DNA of 52,390 nucleotides from an uncultured Planctomycetales bacterium (GCA_964354585.1 CAYHAI010000012.1:1-52390); one strand, 5' to 3'. Shown: positions 36,304-47,071, numbered from the stretch's first letter. Notes: generated by a model not told the origin, from the sequence alone. Made by a program: numbers and translations.

Positions 36304-38385
36304 CTATGAATTAACTTTTGCAGGCTTTTTAAAATAAGCAGCTGCTGTCGCACTTAGAATTCTTAGATATGAAGAGATATTAAAGATTACGTTAGAAGTA
36401 ACGGCGCAAGGCCATTGGCAGTAACACCTATTCTCTCTGATTCTTAGCCTTGCTTCTTTTACCTTTTGGGACCTCATAATTTTTCTAAACTTATATCCTT
36501 CATCCCTAAGATTACCTATCCGTTCTGATAATAACTCACATGCAAGAAGATCGCCATTTGTCTCTATAACAAAGAATTTTCGCGCTGCCAGGCATGGCCA
36601 TAATGACCTCCTTGCCTCATATTCCTTTAAAGACTTATCGCGGCAATACTTCAGCAATGACTTATAGAATTTCTCTTTTATGGAACTAAATCGTCCCTTA
36701 AATCTCATATTGGCTTTCTGCAATAATTTGAAATATTTTTTAATTGATATGAACTCCGACCCAATGCTAGTTGCGGCTGGCTGCCTTAGCAGGTTTAAAT
36801 AGTGCCTATCGTAATTGAGATTTTTATTGAAATAATCCAAGATATATTCGATATCAGCTGCATTTTCTTTAACTAATATCGTATTTATATCCAATGTTAA
36901 CCTAGAAAATCTTGATTTTAACCCGTTAAGCTTCTCCAATACAGATAAAACAGTCCTGTAACAACCGTTAGCCCCTTTAAGATAATCGTGCTTTTCTTCT
37001 ATATTATCAAGCGCAATGACAACATTAAGATGAAGCTGCCCGCAGTCTATCAAAAGCCTCTCCGCCGTTTCTTCTATGTGTGATGATAATATTCCGTTAC
37101 TTACTATGGTAATAAACCTTGTGTCGCAGTTATTGTAAAATAACTTACATATATCATAGAGGTCTTCCCTTAAGAACGGCTCTCCTCCTGTAATAACCAA
37201 CCATGGCAAAAAACTCATATCTTCTGTTATCTTTTTAATCTCATCTAAAGACAATTCGTTTTCTTTATTATAAACTCGGCCTCCATTCTTGTTAAAACAA
37301 AAATAACAGTCGGCATTACATCTGGTTGTAACAAAAAAGAAGATGCGCGATAGGGCTGATGGATTAATTATATTAATTATAAATTTAATATGCCACAAAA
37401 CTTTCTTAATTATTCCATGTATAATCTGCAGGAGTGCCTTAATATGTCCTATAAAGTTAAGAATACTTATAGTGAATACAGCTATAGGCAGTAAAAAAAT
37501 GTAAGGAGTTTTTAACGAGCGCCTATATGCCAATATAATAATAGGTAACTGCGCTGCTAAATAAACTATAAGGAAAGAAAAATATGCCTTCCATATAGGC
37601 AGAATTAAAAGCACAGATGTTAGAATTAAAAGAGAAAGGGAAAGTATGTAAAGAAGGCTTTTATAGAGATGGTGGGGCTCTTTGAATAATAAGCCTCCGC
37701 ATAGGCCTGTTGTCCGTGCGCCATTATATCCGTAAGAGATGGATTTTTTTAGAATACCTAATAATGTATATTTTGGATTATGGATTACAGATATTCGTGG
37801 GTCATAAATTACTCTTCCGAATCTGGCCAATTCACAACACATCAGCGTATCATCGCTGCCTACCATTTTGCTGCAATATAATAATTCTTTCTTCTCCCTT
37901 ATGCGCAGCAGTGACGATCTCCAAAAGGCGCAGTTTCCTCCGTAGAGGGATACAAGCACCCTGGGTTTGGCATAGACTATATCCTTCAGGTACCAATATG
38001 TCATAAAAAGCTTGCTAATAATATCCGTATCTTTTAAAAAATTATATCTACCGCCTATACCCACGATATCACAAGTAAGTCTTTTATTTATTTTGTTTAG
38101 CCAGTCTTTTGGGGCTATGCAATCAGAATCCAAGAATGCCACTATTTCCCCGTCTGCTAAATTACTTCCCCTATCTCTCGCAAATGCAGGCCCTCTTCTT
38201 TCAGGCAAAACTAAAATTTTACAATTATATCTCCTGGCAATCTCAACAGAGCTATCAGTAGAGCAATCGTCAACTATAATGACTTCGAAGTTTTTGTAGT
38301 CAAGCGCAAAAATGCTATCCAGGCATCTCGCTAATGTCCGCTCGGCATTATGAACCGGTATTACTATAGTTATTCTCTTCTCCAT
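36304..38385 (-). CDS. Fusion: GT2 + TM helices + radical SAM/SPASM(twitch) domain
   Basis: N-terminal IVIPVHN...VDDCSTD...FLDSD; about 3 TM helices; then TTRCNADCYFC, ITGGEP, C-terminal CLA...LACE...CYCQWPC. Confidence 0.88.
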   Translation of the reverse strand: MEKRITIVIPVHNAERTLARCLDSIFALDYKNFEVIIVDDCSTDSSVEIARRYNCKILVLPERRGPAFARDRGSNLADGEIVAFLDSDCIAPKDWLNKINKRLTCDIVGIGGRYNFLKDTDIISKLFMTYWYLKDIVYAKPRVLVSLYGGNCAFWRSSLLRIREKKELLYCSKMVGSDDTLMCCELARFGRVIYDPRISVIHNPKYTLLGILKKSISYGYNGARTTGLCGGLLFKEPHHLYKSLLYILSLSLLILTSVLLILPIWKAYFSFLIVYLAAQLPIIILAYRRSLKTPYIFLLPIAVFTISILNFIGHIKALLQIIHGIIKKVLWHIKFIINIINPSALSRIFFFVTTRCNADCYFCFNKNGGRVYNKENELSLDEIKKITEDMSFLPWLVITGGEPFLREDLYDICKLFYNNCDTRFITIVSNGILSSHIEETAERLLIDCGQLHLNVVIALDNIEEKHDYLKGANGCYRTVLSVLEKLNGLKSRFSRLTLDINTILVKENAADIEYILDYFNKNLNYDRHYLNLLRQPAATSIGSEFISIKKYFKLLQKANMRFKGRFSSIKEKFYKSLLKYCRDKSLKEYEARRSLWPCLAARKFFVIETNGDLLACELLSERIGNLRDEGYKFRKIMRSQKVKEARLRIRENRCYCQWPCAVTSNVIFNISSYLRILSATAAAYFKKPAKVNS

Positions 38386-38416
38386 CTGCTTTATAAGTAA
38401 ATGTGATTGAAGATAT

Positions 38417-39124
38417 TTATTTCTTAGTTAATAATAGCTTTGTATAACAGTAGATTGTCCCGAAGATATACGAAAGATTATAATGGCTTCTGCCATAGAT
38501 ACGTTTATTATGCGCTATCTCTATTTCGGTTATCCTGTTTGTGCGTTTTGAAAGAATATATGGCAGGAGTCCAATCTCGTATTTATTCGTAAAGACTATA
38601 TTTTTAACGATATCTCTTCTGTATGCCCGCATACCGCAACCCATATCATGCAGATTTAACCCTGTTATCTTTCTTTGTATAAAATTACCTGCCTTTGCAC
38701 TTACAATTTTATACCAGCGGTCTTTTCTATCCTTACGCCAACCGCATACTATATCAAAATTTTCATTTAGTTTTCCTATTAGTTTTGGAATATCATATGG
38801 GTCGTGCTGGAGGTCTGAATCCATAGTAACAATAATTCTTCCTTTGGCTTCCATAAAACCCTTCTCTATAGCTTTATGCTGCCCTTGATTGGATAAGAAC
38901 TTAAAAACCTTGACCATCTTATCTAAAATAGACAGCTGTTTTAATATCTCCGCAGAGCCATCGGTTGAGCCGTCATCGATAAATATAATTTCATTATTTT
39001 CCCCTAACTTCCCAAGGACATCTCTTATCCTTTTATACAAGATATCAATCGTTTTTTCTTCATTGCATATGGGGACTACTACTGAAATTCCGATTTGATT
39101 CTTGTCTTGGGGCGTAATATTCAT
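38417..39124 (-). CDS. GT2, polyprenol-phosphate glycosyltransferase (DPM1/ArnC-like)
   Basis: SVVVPICNEE, IDDGSTD, NQGQHKA, TMDSDLQHDP, CGWRKDRKD, HDMGCGMRAYRR. Confidence 0.9.
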   Translation of the reverse strand: MNITPQDKNQIGISVVVPICNEEKTIDILYKRIRDVLGKLGENNEIIFIDDGSTDGSAEILKQLSILDKMVKVFKFLSNQGQHKAIEKGFMEAKGRIIVTMDSDLQHDPYDIPKLIGKLNENFDIVCGWRKDRKDRWYKIVSAKAGNFIQRKITGLNLHDMGCGMRAYRRDIVKNIVFTNKYEIGLLPYILSKRTNRITEIEIAHNKRIYGRSHYNLSYIFGTIYCYTKLLLTKK

Positions 39125-39139
39125 ACCATAACCATAAAA

Positions 39140-40564
39140 TTACTTGGCAAAATACTCTGCTATTCTTCTAATTATTGTATTTAAATTGCTAATTCTTTTT
39201 ATATCCTTGAGTATCCCGTAGATTATTTTAGGACGCACATAAAATCTAAGATTAAGATAAACCTTAAGCAGGCGCAATTCAAAGAGTGGAATATCGCCCA
39301 ACCTAACAAAAACTTTATCTGACATAATATTTTCAAAATCGAAACTTTCAAGTTTAAGCTTCCCCTCTTTTACAAGTTCGTCAAAAATCTCTGTTCCTGG
39401 AAGCGGCACAAAGATGCCAAAATCCGCCCTGTGAAACGGCATTGTAAGGGCAAACTTTAATGTTTCATAAATCTCGTTTTTAGTCTCCGTAGGCAGCCCA
39501 AATAATAAAAAGGCCAGCATGCGAATTCTGGTTGCGCGTGCTACCATATCTATCTTCTCTTTCATATCCTCAGGGGCCATATTCCGCTTTAGCCTCCTAA
39601 GAAGCCGATGAGAACTTGTCTCAACCCCTACGGCAAAGTAATAAAAACCGGCGGATTCCATCGTTTTTACCAACTCTTCATCAAGCGTATCGAGTCTTAA
39701 CCCCATTGGGCAGGCGAAGGATAATTCGTATTTTAACTTATTTAGTTCGGCGCAGAACCGCATCACATAGTCTTTGTTGAAAGTAAAGTTGTCGTCTTCG
39801 ATATGTATCTCTTTTACGCCAAACCGCTCCGCTAATAACCTTATCTCTTTAATGACAACTTCAATTGAACGCCATCTGATCTTCCTGCCAGTTACTAAAT
39901 GCCCTCCGCAATATGTGCACTGGCAGGGGCATCCCCGCGTAACAATTATGGGCGCTATGGGTAAATTTTTAAAAAATGCTCCCTGGGGCCTTGGCGGATA
40001 TTTACGAGGGTCTATCAAATCCCACGCAGGAGCGCCGAAAATATCTAAATTGTCCTCTGAGGTAAGCGGATTTATAATTATCTTTGTTTGCTTATCCCGT
40101 CTGACTAAGTTTGGAATTTTATCGAATCCGTTTTTGCCGATAGAGATTTGATTCAAAAATAAAGCAAGCGGCATCTCTCCCTCGCCTACAATAATATAGT
40201 CAAGCCCTGGTATATCATTCATCGTTAATTCCGGGACTGCGCTGGGATGCGGCCCGCCTGCAATTAGCTTTAGCCCTGGCTTTACCTGCTTAAGAGCTGC
40301 TGATATTTTTTTTACGCTGACATAGTCTCGGCTATACATAGTAATGCCGACAGCATCTGGGTCAAGCCTTAATATTTCTTCTATAGTTTTTTTCAAGGGG
40401 AGATTGTCTTTAAAGGCATCTAAGATAAAGACATCCCAATTTGTATTTTCTCTTACAGAAGCGGCTAAATACCCAAGTCCTATTGGCGGAATCAATATGC
40501 CTTTCACGGGATGATTCGGCTTGACAAGGACTATTCTTCTATTCGAATCCAATTTTCTTTCCAT
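39140..40564 (-). CDS. Cobalamin-binding radical SAM protein (class B methyltransferase-like)
   Basis: PPIGLGYLAA, GGPHPS, GEGE (B12 domain), TRGCPCQCTYC, EDDNF, GVET, GLPTET, PLPGT. Start set at MERKLD (40564); the ORF track extends to 40651. Confidence 0.9.
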   Translation of the reverse strand: MERKLDSNRRIVLVKPNHPVKGILIPPIGLGYLAASVRENTNWDVFILDAFKDNLPLKKTIEEILRLDPDAVGITMYSRDYVSVKKISAALKQVKPGLKLIAGGPHPSAVPELTMNDIPGLDYIIVGEGEMPLALFLNQISIGKNGFDKIPNLVRRDKQTKIIINPLTSEDNLDIFGAPAWDLIDPRKYPPRPQGAFFKNLPIAPIIVTRGCPCQCTYCGGHLVTGRKIRWRSIEVVIKEIRLLAERFGVKEIHIEDDNFTFNKDYVMRFCAELNKLKYELSFACPMGLRLDTLDEELVKTMESAGFYYFAVGVETSSHRLLRRLKRNMAPEDMKEKIDMVARATRIRMLAFLLFGLPTETKNEIYETLKFALTMPFHRADFGIFVPLPGTEIFDELVKEGKLKLESFDFENIMSDKVFVRLGDIPLFELRLLKVYLNLRFYVRPKIIYGILKDIKRISNLNTIIRRIAEYFAK

Positions 40565-40604
40565 AAGATAATATAAAAAATCGCCTGTTTTATAAAACCT
40601 GTTA

Positions 40605-42308
40605 CTATAAACCTCGCTGGCTATATCCGGTGTTTTTTGGTTTATATACAAGAAAATTTCCTTCAGCCGATTTAAAAACTCTATCGAATCTGTTCTGATT
40701 AAATTTTGATTCTATCGCCTTTGTTCTAACAACAATATATATATCTTTGTTTAGGCTAAAAAAGTCCTCTGTTTCTTTGTCTAAAGACTTTTGAGTTATA
40801 TCATAGATACCTTTGACTATCCTTCTCCTTTTCTCAATTAGATTATAATCGTATCCGCACATTAGCAAAATATCTTTTATAGGCGCGCTATAGCCAAGAT
40901 TTTTCTCCCAATCCCTCTCTTCTCCCATTCCTATAAAAAGCTGTCTCTTGGCAAAGACTGGGATAGTAAGCTCTGAGTCAACAAATATACTATCCAAAGA
41001 CGTATTATTCGTAATCCATTGATATAATTTGTCCTCTTCCTTATCCCTGTGATAGACATTTTTTCCTTTTTCAACACAGGTATTGACAACATCTTTTAAT
41101 CTCGCTATTTTCATTCGCATATCAAAATAGGTAGAGCTAAGAAAAAGAAACAATAGGATAAACATCGCAAAGTTATTGCACCGCTTGCTCATCGCACTAA
41201 AAGCCACTCCCCCTATTATGCCTAAACCTAACGTGGAAAACATAAAGAATTTATACTCGTTCTCCCAGCTCAAACAAATGAGAATATAAAGAAACAGGTT
41301 TGTCACAATAACAGCCAAAATGATAAGCAGGGCTTCTCTGTCTATATTCTTCTTTAAATAGCCTTTATTTATATAGATCACCGCTAAAATTGGAAAGCTC
41401 ACAATAAAATATTTAACAATTTTGATAACAACGGCTCTGATATTTGGAAATTGTATATTTTTTGCCATACCTTGACTTATAGATGACAGATAGGGCCATA
41501 AGATTAAGATAGCGATTGACAAAAGCACGGCTACGAAGACCGTCTTTCTAAAATTAACGATAAAGTTATTCTTTTTGCTAACGATAGCTAGGACTAGAAA
41601 GATTGGGATTATGCTTGTAACCACGCCTAATAATATACCCGGATAAAAAAACCCACCCCCCAAAACAGAGACAAAAAAAACTAACATATAAAAAATGTTT
41701 TTTCTTGTTTCGAATATTTTTATAACGGAATACAAAAATAAAAGAAAGAATACAAACCCTAAAACATCGCCGTTAATATTGGAGAATTTATTAAATATCG
41801 GCGTGCCTTTTATCATTATCCTTGAAGCATAACCAGGAAATATCTCTTCTAACAAATAATGATTCACAATCGACATCCCAAAAACCGAAATAGCCGCAGA
41901 GAAAATATTAGCCTTTTCGTCTCTGATTAATAAACTCGATATCTTATAAGCTAGTATCAGCGTAACTAAAAGTGAAATAGCGCTTATAAAGGAAAAAGAA
42001 TAAAAAGGCGTTATGTTAAAAATCTTAGTAATCCATGCTGCCAGATAATGATATCCCCAATAAAAAACCAGCGGCTGACCGCCTAACAATGGATTGGTGG
42101 GCGGGATTTTTCCATCTAATATCTGATAGACTATTCCAGCATGCCAAAAGCCATGGAATGAATAGATTCGGTTGTTTGGGCTTATAATATAAAACGCTAT
42201 CAGCGCAGATAAACCTAAAAGAATATAGTAGATTTTGCTTATTCCCTTTTTAGATAAAATCGGAAATGAAAAAAATAGATATAATATCAGCCACAACGCG
42301 AAACACAT
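40605..42308 (-). CDS. Polytopic membrane protein, probable GT-C-type glycosyltransferase
   Basis: About 13 hydrophobic segments; early loop H...IPPTNP..GG....YWGYH; C-terminal soluble domain (LYQWITNNT). Confidence 0.6.
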   Translation of the reverse strand: MCFALWLILYLFFSFPILSKKGISKIYYILLGLSALIAFYIISPNNRIYSFHGFWHAGIVYQILDGKIPPTNPLLGGQPLVFYWGYHYLAAWITKIFNITPFYSFSFISAISLLVTLILAYKISSLLIRDEKANIFSAAISVFGMSIVNHYLLEEIFPGYASRIMIKGTPIFNKFSNINGDVLGFVFFLLFLYSVIKIFETRKNIFYMLVFFVSVLGGGFFYPGILLGVVTSIIPIFLVLAIVSKKNNFIVNFRKTVFVAVLLSIAILILWPYLSSISQGMAKNIQFPNIRAVVIKIVKYFIVSFPILAVIYINKGYLKKNIDREALLIILAVIVTNLFLYILICLSWENEYKFFMFSTLGLGIIGGVAFSAMSKRCNNFAMFILLFLFLSSTYFDMRMKIARLKDVVNTCVEKGKNVYHRDKEEDKLYQWITNNTSLDSIFVDSELTIPVFAKRQLFIGMGEERDWEKNLGYSAPIKDILLMCGYDYNLIEKRRRIVKGIYDITQKSLDKETEDFFSLNKDIYIVVRTKAIESKFNQNRFDRVFKSAEGNFLVYKPKNTGYSQRGL

Positions 42309-42450
42309 ATTATTCCCTTATAATAAAAGGCCTCTTATAGTCTTGGCCAAAAGCAATTTTGCCATTGTGATATGCGGAATATATGATCTTGGGCAAGTTA
42401 TTATTTTGACAAATGTACTTTACGAGATAATTATCTTCATTTTTATTATA

Positions 42451-42479
42451 AAGATACTCTCCTATATTTCATTTGTCAA
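42451..42479 (-). promoter_or_regulatory. Putative sigma70 promoter for the long leftward gene run
   Basis: Minus strand TTGACA-17 nt-TATCTT in the divergent intergenic region. Confidence 0.45.
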
Positions 42480-42548
42480 GCACAGATTTCAGTATAGCAT
42501 TACCCGCAATTTTTAAAAACAGCGAGATACAATCGCCTTTTTTATGGG

Positions 42549-42577
42549 TTGACTTAACTATCGCCTCTTTATATAAT
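42549..42577 (+). promoter_or_regulatory. Putative sigma70 promoter
   Basis: TTGACT-17 nt-TATAAT upstream of 42644. Confidence 0.75.
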
Positions 42578-42643
42578 GTATATATAAAGGATTAAAATTA
42601 GGAGAATTCTTGATAGAGAAAACTTTGCGGGAGCGTATAAACA

Positions 42644-44374
42644 ATGAATCTTTTGTTTGCAAGACTTGATTGGGATTCTGTCAATAACAATGATTCAGTA
42701 GCGGCTGAATGCGACAGTTTCAAAAAGGATAATATCTGTCTATATGCAACACGAATATATAACGACAGTAAAGCCATTTTTTACAGCAAAGAAGATAAAG
42801 TTATTTGTGCCATGATAGGATATATACAAAACTTAGAAGATATTAAATTAACATACGGAATCGACAGTAGTTGCGACATTGAAATCATTACAAAACTTTA
42901 CTTGCTAAAAAGGCTTGATTTCATAAAAGATTTGGACGGTGTCTTTTTAATCTTTATTTTTGAGGAGGACACAAAAAAGGGGTATATATTCCAAGACGAA
43001 TATGGCTTTAACTTACCGATTTACTACATCTTTACCAAAGATGCATTTTTGTTTGGCACAAGCCTAAAGTATATATTGAAGAACTCGGGCCTTAAAAGAG
43101 AGTTGAATATTGATGCGGTCTACGACTTTTTGCATTTTAAATTTATAATTCCCAATGAGTCAACCCTGATAAAAAATATCAACAAGTTGGCTCCTTTAAA
43201 GTATATTGCGGTGGATATTAAAACACGTTCTTTTATAGTTGGGGATTCAAACATAACAGTAAAAAAGCTCTCAAAAAAAACCGCCAAAAAGAACTTAACT
43301 ATGTCCGTCAGAGGCAGCATCGCGCGCTTATTAAAGCAATCAAAAAGAGAAAAATCTGCCTTTTTAAGTCTAAGCTCGGGTTTTGATTCTAATCTTCTCT
43401 TAAATTTTTTGAGAGAATCAATTGATTTTTTATTAACAGCCGCGACAATAGGGGGCATAGAAACTAATGAGATTCCCCAAGTTAGTTTGATACTAAAAAA
43501 TTATAGCGGAATTAAACATATAACGAATGTTATAAAGGAGGATATGTTAGAGTTTTTTCCTGACATCGTGTGGAAGCTTGAAGGTTGTGTATGCGAAATT
43601 GGAATATTTTTGCAATACGAATTAGGAAGAATCTTAAAAGAAAAAAAATGCGCATCTATTTTTGTAGGGGACTGCGCAAATGAAATCTTAAGCTACTATC
43701 ATAAAAAGGCCAAAGTTAGTACGATATTTACAGAATTGCTGGTGTCGTTTAAGTATTTCATTAAAAAGACTATTTTAAAATATAAACCGTATGGCAAAAA
43801 AGAGCTGCAAGAGTCGGTAGAGCTGACAGAGTTTAAAAGATACCTTCATAGTTTACAAAAAAGAAGCATAAAAAAATATTCTATATATCCTTGTTATGCC
43901 AAAAACCTATATTGGATTTTTAAAAAAAGTGGAATTATGTTTAACAGCTTCGGGATACAGGGCCTATATCCTTTTTTAAACAAAGAGACAAGGGCAATCT
44001 CTAAGGCTCTAAGGCTGGATACAACAAGAAATTTCTACAAACAAGAAGTGATAAAAACCCTCAACCCGAACATTGCACAATACTTAACGTCGGCTGGCGG
44101 AAGAACAGATATAAGATATCTATTTACCAAAGAGAAAAAAGATATGGCGATGAAAATCCTAAATTCCGAATTCATAAACAGAATATTGGGTAAATCTCAG
44201 GCAGATACAATAGTTAATAATTCGAAATTTTATTTTGCCGATTACCACACATCTAATTTTATTCTGCTATTACTATACCTTTACATCTTCAATGAACTCT
44301 TTATTACCGGCAAGTACGACTCAAGGTTTGACCAAGATAAACTGGATGTATCATTAAATGAGCTCTTGGCATAA
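42644..44374 (+). CDS. Asparagine-synthase-related protein lacking the N-terminal Cys nucleophile
   Basis: DLDGVF...QDEYGFNLPIYY, TLIKNINKL, LSLSSGFDS (PP-loop variant), FVGDCANEI, LYPFL. Confidence 0.7.
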   Translation: MNLLFARLDWDSVNNNDSVAAECDSFKKDNICLYATRIYNDSKAIFYSKEDKVICAMIGYIQNLEDIKLTYGIDSSCDIEIITKLYLLKRLDFIKDLDGVFLIFIFEEDTKKGYIFQDEYGFNLPIYYIFTKDAFLFGTSLKYILKNSGLKRELNIDAVYDFLHFKFIIPNESTLIKNINKLAPLKYIAVDIKTRSFIVGDSNITVKKLSKKTAKKNLTMSVRGSIARLLKQSKREKSAFLSLSSGFDSNLLLNFLRESIDFLLTAATIGGIETNEIPQVSLILKNYSGIKHITNVIKEDMLEFFPDIVWKLEGCVCEIGIFLQYELGRILKEKKCASIFVGDCANEILSYYHKKAKVSTIFTELLVSFKYFIKKTILKYKPYGKKELQESVELTEFKRYLHSLQKRSIKKYSIYPCYAKNLYWIFKKSGIMFNSFGIQGLYPFLNKETRAISKALRLDTTRNFYKQEVIKTLNPNIAQYLTSAGGRTDIRYLFTKEKKDMAMKILNSEFINRILGKSQADTIVNNSKFYFADYHTSNFILLLLYLYIFNELFITGKYDSRFDQDKLDVSLNELLA

Positions 44375-44381
44375 GAAGCAT

Positions 44382-44548
44382 ATGAGGGCAAAATTTTCTA
44401 TGGAGAATTCTACCCCTTAAACTGCATTATGTGCCCGCAGAGGCATAACCTAAAAAAAACTATTGATGCAGATATTCTTAAGAGGAACGTTGATTGGTCA
44501 CAGATAGAAGATATTGAGCTCCAGGGCAGAGAGATACTCGCAATGTAA
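44382..44548 (+). pseudogene. Possible decayed N-terminal remnant of a nucleotidyltransferase-family (NTP_transf_5-like) gene
   Basis: Broken frames read MRAKFSMENS / ALCARRGIT / IDADILKRNVDWSQI, resembling the LCAR...IDW N-terminus of that family (from memory). Confidence 0.3.
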
Positions 44549-44584
44549 GATGCGAAGGATTTTTATCTCTGGCTGACAAAACAA

Positions 44585-45697
44585 ATGAAAATAGGATTTT
44601 TTTATTACGGCTATTATCCATTAATAAATTATGGCAGCTCCACACATGGATATCATTTATTTAAGGCTTTAATAAAAAAGGGGCATACAATTCTGTCTTG
44701 TTTGGGTGAAAATAATCCAGGGTGTGTAAGTTATCCTCATACAATACCTGGCGCTATAAGGCTGGTAAAGGATGCGGACGTCCTTTATATAAGAGAAGAT
44801 ATGTCTTATTACTCTCAGAGGATAGCCTTGCTTAAACTTATCAGGCTCTTTTCGGTGCCTGTAGTATGGGAGATTAACGCGCCTTCGCAAGAGAAATACA
44901 TTATGCTGCCATACGGTCTTAAAAAACAATTTTTTACAATAATGGATGAGACTAGAAGAATTCTTTTTGCGAAGTTTGTTGATGCGGCTATATGCAATTC
45001 TGAGCCTGTTAAAAGATATGCAGAGGAGGTCTTAAGAATTAAAAGGGCATTTGTTATACCTAACGGAGCTGACCCTGAGTTATTTGACCCGGAAAGGAAG
45101 GCATCGCCAACCATATTGGATGATTATAGTAACTATTTTAAGGTTGGGTGGATTGGTCTTCCTTGGGAAATCACAGGAATTAATACCATGCTGGAAGTCG
45201 CTGATGAATGCTACAGGCTCGATAAGAAGATACTCTTTGTTTTTATCATTAAGGAAATAAAGACCGGTTACTTAAGAACCCCCGCAATTCCAATAAGAAA
45301 TAATATTTTGGTTCTGAAAAACATTGAACATCTCCAAGTGCGCGATTATCTTAAGGGCTTGGATTTGTGTCTGGCAATCTATAAAAATTGCGATTGGTTT
45401 AAATATGGGTTCTATCTTTCGCCCATTAAACTATTTGAGTATATGGCTATGGCAAAACCGATTATTGCGACCGGGCTTGGACAGATTTCAGAGGCCATAC
45501 AGGATGGAATTAACGGTTTACTTACAAATAACTCCGTCGAAGATATTGTAGATAAAATATTGTTGTTGAAGAATGATAAAAATTTAAGAGAAAATATTGG
45601 CAGAAAGGCAAGATATGGCGTGCTCAAATATTATAACTGGGATAGGGCTGCTGCAGATATGGAAAACGTGTTTAGAAGCTTAGTGCTGAAATGCTGA
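44585..45697 (+). CDS. GT4 glycosyltransferase
   Basis: WEINAP, IPNGADPELF, SPIKLFEYMAMAKPIIAT..GQISE.I.DG.NGLL, YNWD. Confidence 0.9.
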   Translation: MKIGFFYYGYYPLINYGSSTHGYHLFKALIKKGHTILSCLGENNPGCVSYPHTIPGAIRLVKDADVLYIREDMSYYSQRIALLKLIRLFSVPVVWEINAPSQEKYIMLPYGLKKQFFTIMDETRRILFAKFVDAAICNSEPVKRYAEEVLRIKRAFVIPNGADPELFDPERKASPTILDDYSNYFKVGWIGLPWEITGINTMLEVADECYRLDKKILFVFIIKEIKTGYLRTPAIPIRNNILVLKNIEHLQVRDYLKGLDLCLAIYKNCDWFKYGFYLSPIKLFEYMAMAKPIIATGLGQISEAIQDGINGLLTNNSVEDIVDKILLLKNDKNLRENIGRKARYGVLKYYNWDRAAADMENVFRSLVLKC

Positions 45698-46984
45698 CGT
45701 TTTAACACGGCTCCTTGACGAAATAAGCCTGCTTAAGCCATAGCCTGCAAGAATAGAATAAAACGGTATAGAGGCAAAACGATACCTGCTATTAGAAGTT
45801 AAATCCAACCATATAATCGTAGCAAAATATAGGATAGCAAAAACAAGCACTAACAATTCTTTTATCTTTTTATATTTCAACGCAAAGAATATCCCTGTTA
45901 ATGCCAAAACATATATTATAAGCAGGGTGCTTAAAAATAAAAGTTCAAGGACAGTAAATTTCCAAGAATAACGCAAGAGCCTTATATAATCATTTACATT
46001 AGAACCGCTTAAATTAACAAACAACTCTAAATCCATATTCTTGCCTTCGGGCTTTATTTTATCTGACATATAGTATTTATGCAGATTATCTGTGCGGACA
46101 AAAGTCCTGTAAAATGTTATTGTAGCTGTTCCAAAGATGTATCTTATAGCTGGGTTTTTTATGGAACCAGGATATTTATTATATCTCCATTTTAGATAAT
46201 CAATTTCTTTAAGCAATGGCTCTTTCTCCGGAGAAACAAATCCTTTTGCTTCCACAAAACAGAATTTGTGCCAAATTTTGTAATTTCTGATAATCCAGGG
46301 TGAAATAACCAGTCCGACTACAATAATTGTAACTAAGGAGGCTAGCATAGCTCTCTTTATCGATTTTCTCCAATAAATAAACGCGAATAATATGCTCAAT
46401 AAAGGAAAATAAAAAATCACTGGTTTGGTAAGCATGGCGATGGCAAGGATGATATTCGATAAAATGAGGTATTTGTATCTTATTCTATTTCTTGTATCTG
46501 GTTGAAGAAATTTTATCAAAAGATAGATACTTAAAGGTAGAAACACTGCAATAAGTATCTCGGGCATAGCTATTATTGAATAAAGAAGCACAACGGGTTC
46601 AAAACTGAAAAAGAGGATTGCCCAGATGCCCGCGGTTTCATTAAATAAAATAGATGCCAATTTAAAAATAAAAATGCAGGCAATTACATATAAAGCGATG
46701 TGCAAATAATTGATGAGATGCGGGTTATATCCGAATATATAGTATACGGATGCCAAAAGTGCCGGGTAGACCGGTGGATATAGCGCGGTTGGTTCTACGT
46801 TGGGAGTTTCCAGCCTTTGCATAGAATATATTCCCTTAAATGCTATATTTTGGGCGATAAGGTCATATTTCCAAGCATCGGTGTCAGTATTAAGGTTGTA
46901 TGAAAAGTAAACAAGACAGGTTCTAATAATAACTCCTGCCAAAACAATCATCCAAAAGACACGATTTTTTCTTATAATAGCCAT
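45680..46984 (-). CDS. GT-C (ArnT/PMT-like) membrane glycosyltransferase
   Basis: DAWKYDLIAQNI...PPVYPALLA, MPE, LTKP, PWIIRNY, RYRF; many TM helices. Confidence 0.8.
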   Translation of the reverse strand: MAIIRKNRVFWMIVLAGVIIRTCLVYFSYNLNTDTDAWKYDLIAQNIAFKGIYSMQRLETPNVEPTALYPPVYPALLASVYYIFGYNPHLINYLHIALYVIACIFIFKLASILFNETAGIWAILFFSFEPVVLLYSIIAMPEILIAVFLPLSIYLLIKFLQPDTRNRIRYKYLILSNIILAIAMLTKPVIFYFPLLSILFAFIYWRKSIKRAMLASLVTIIVVGLVISPWIIRNYKIWHKFCFVEAKGFVSPEKEPLLKEIDYLKWRYNKYPGSIKNPAIRYIFGTATITFYRTFVRTDNLHKYYMSDKIKPEGKNMDLELFVNLSGSNVNDYIRLLRYSWKFTVLELLFLSTLLIIYVLALTGIFFALKYKKIKELLVLVFAILYFATIIWLDLTSNSRYRFASIPFYSILAGYGLSRLISSRSRVKTSAFQH

Positions 46985-47071
46985 AGCAACATCTTATGCA
47001 GAATTTAGAAGCAGGCCATCGTGTTTATAAATTTCTTATCCTCTTAGGGATCATAATATACAATAGAATTT

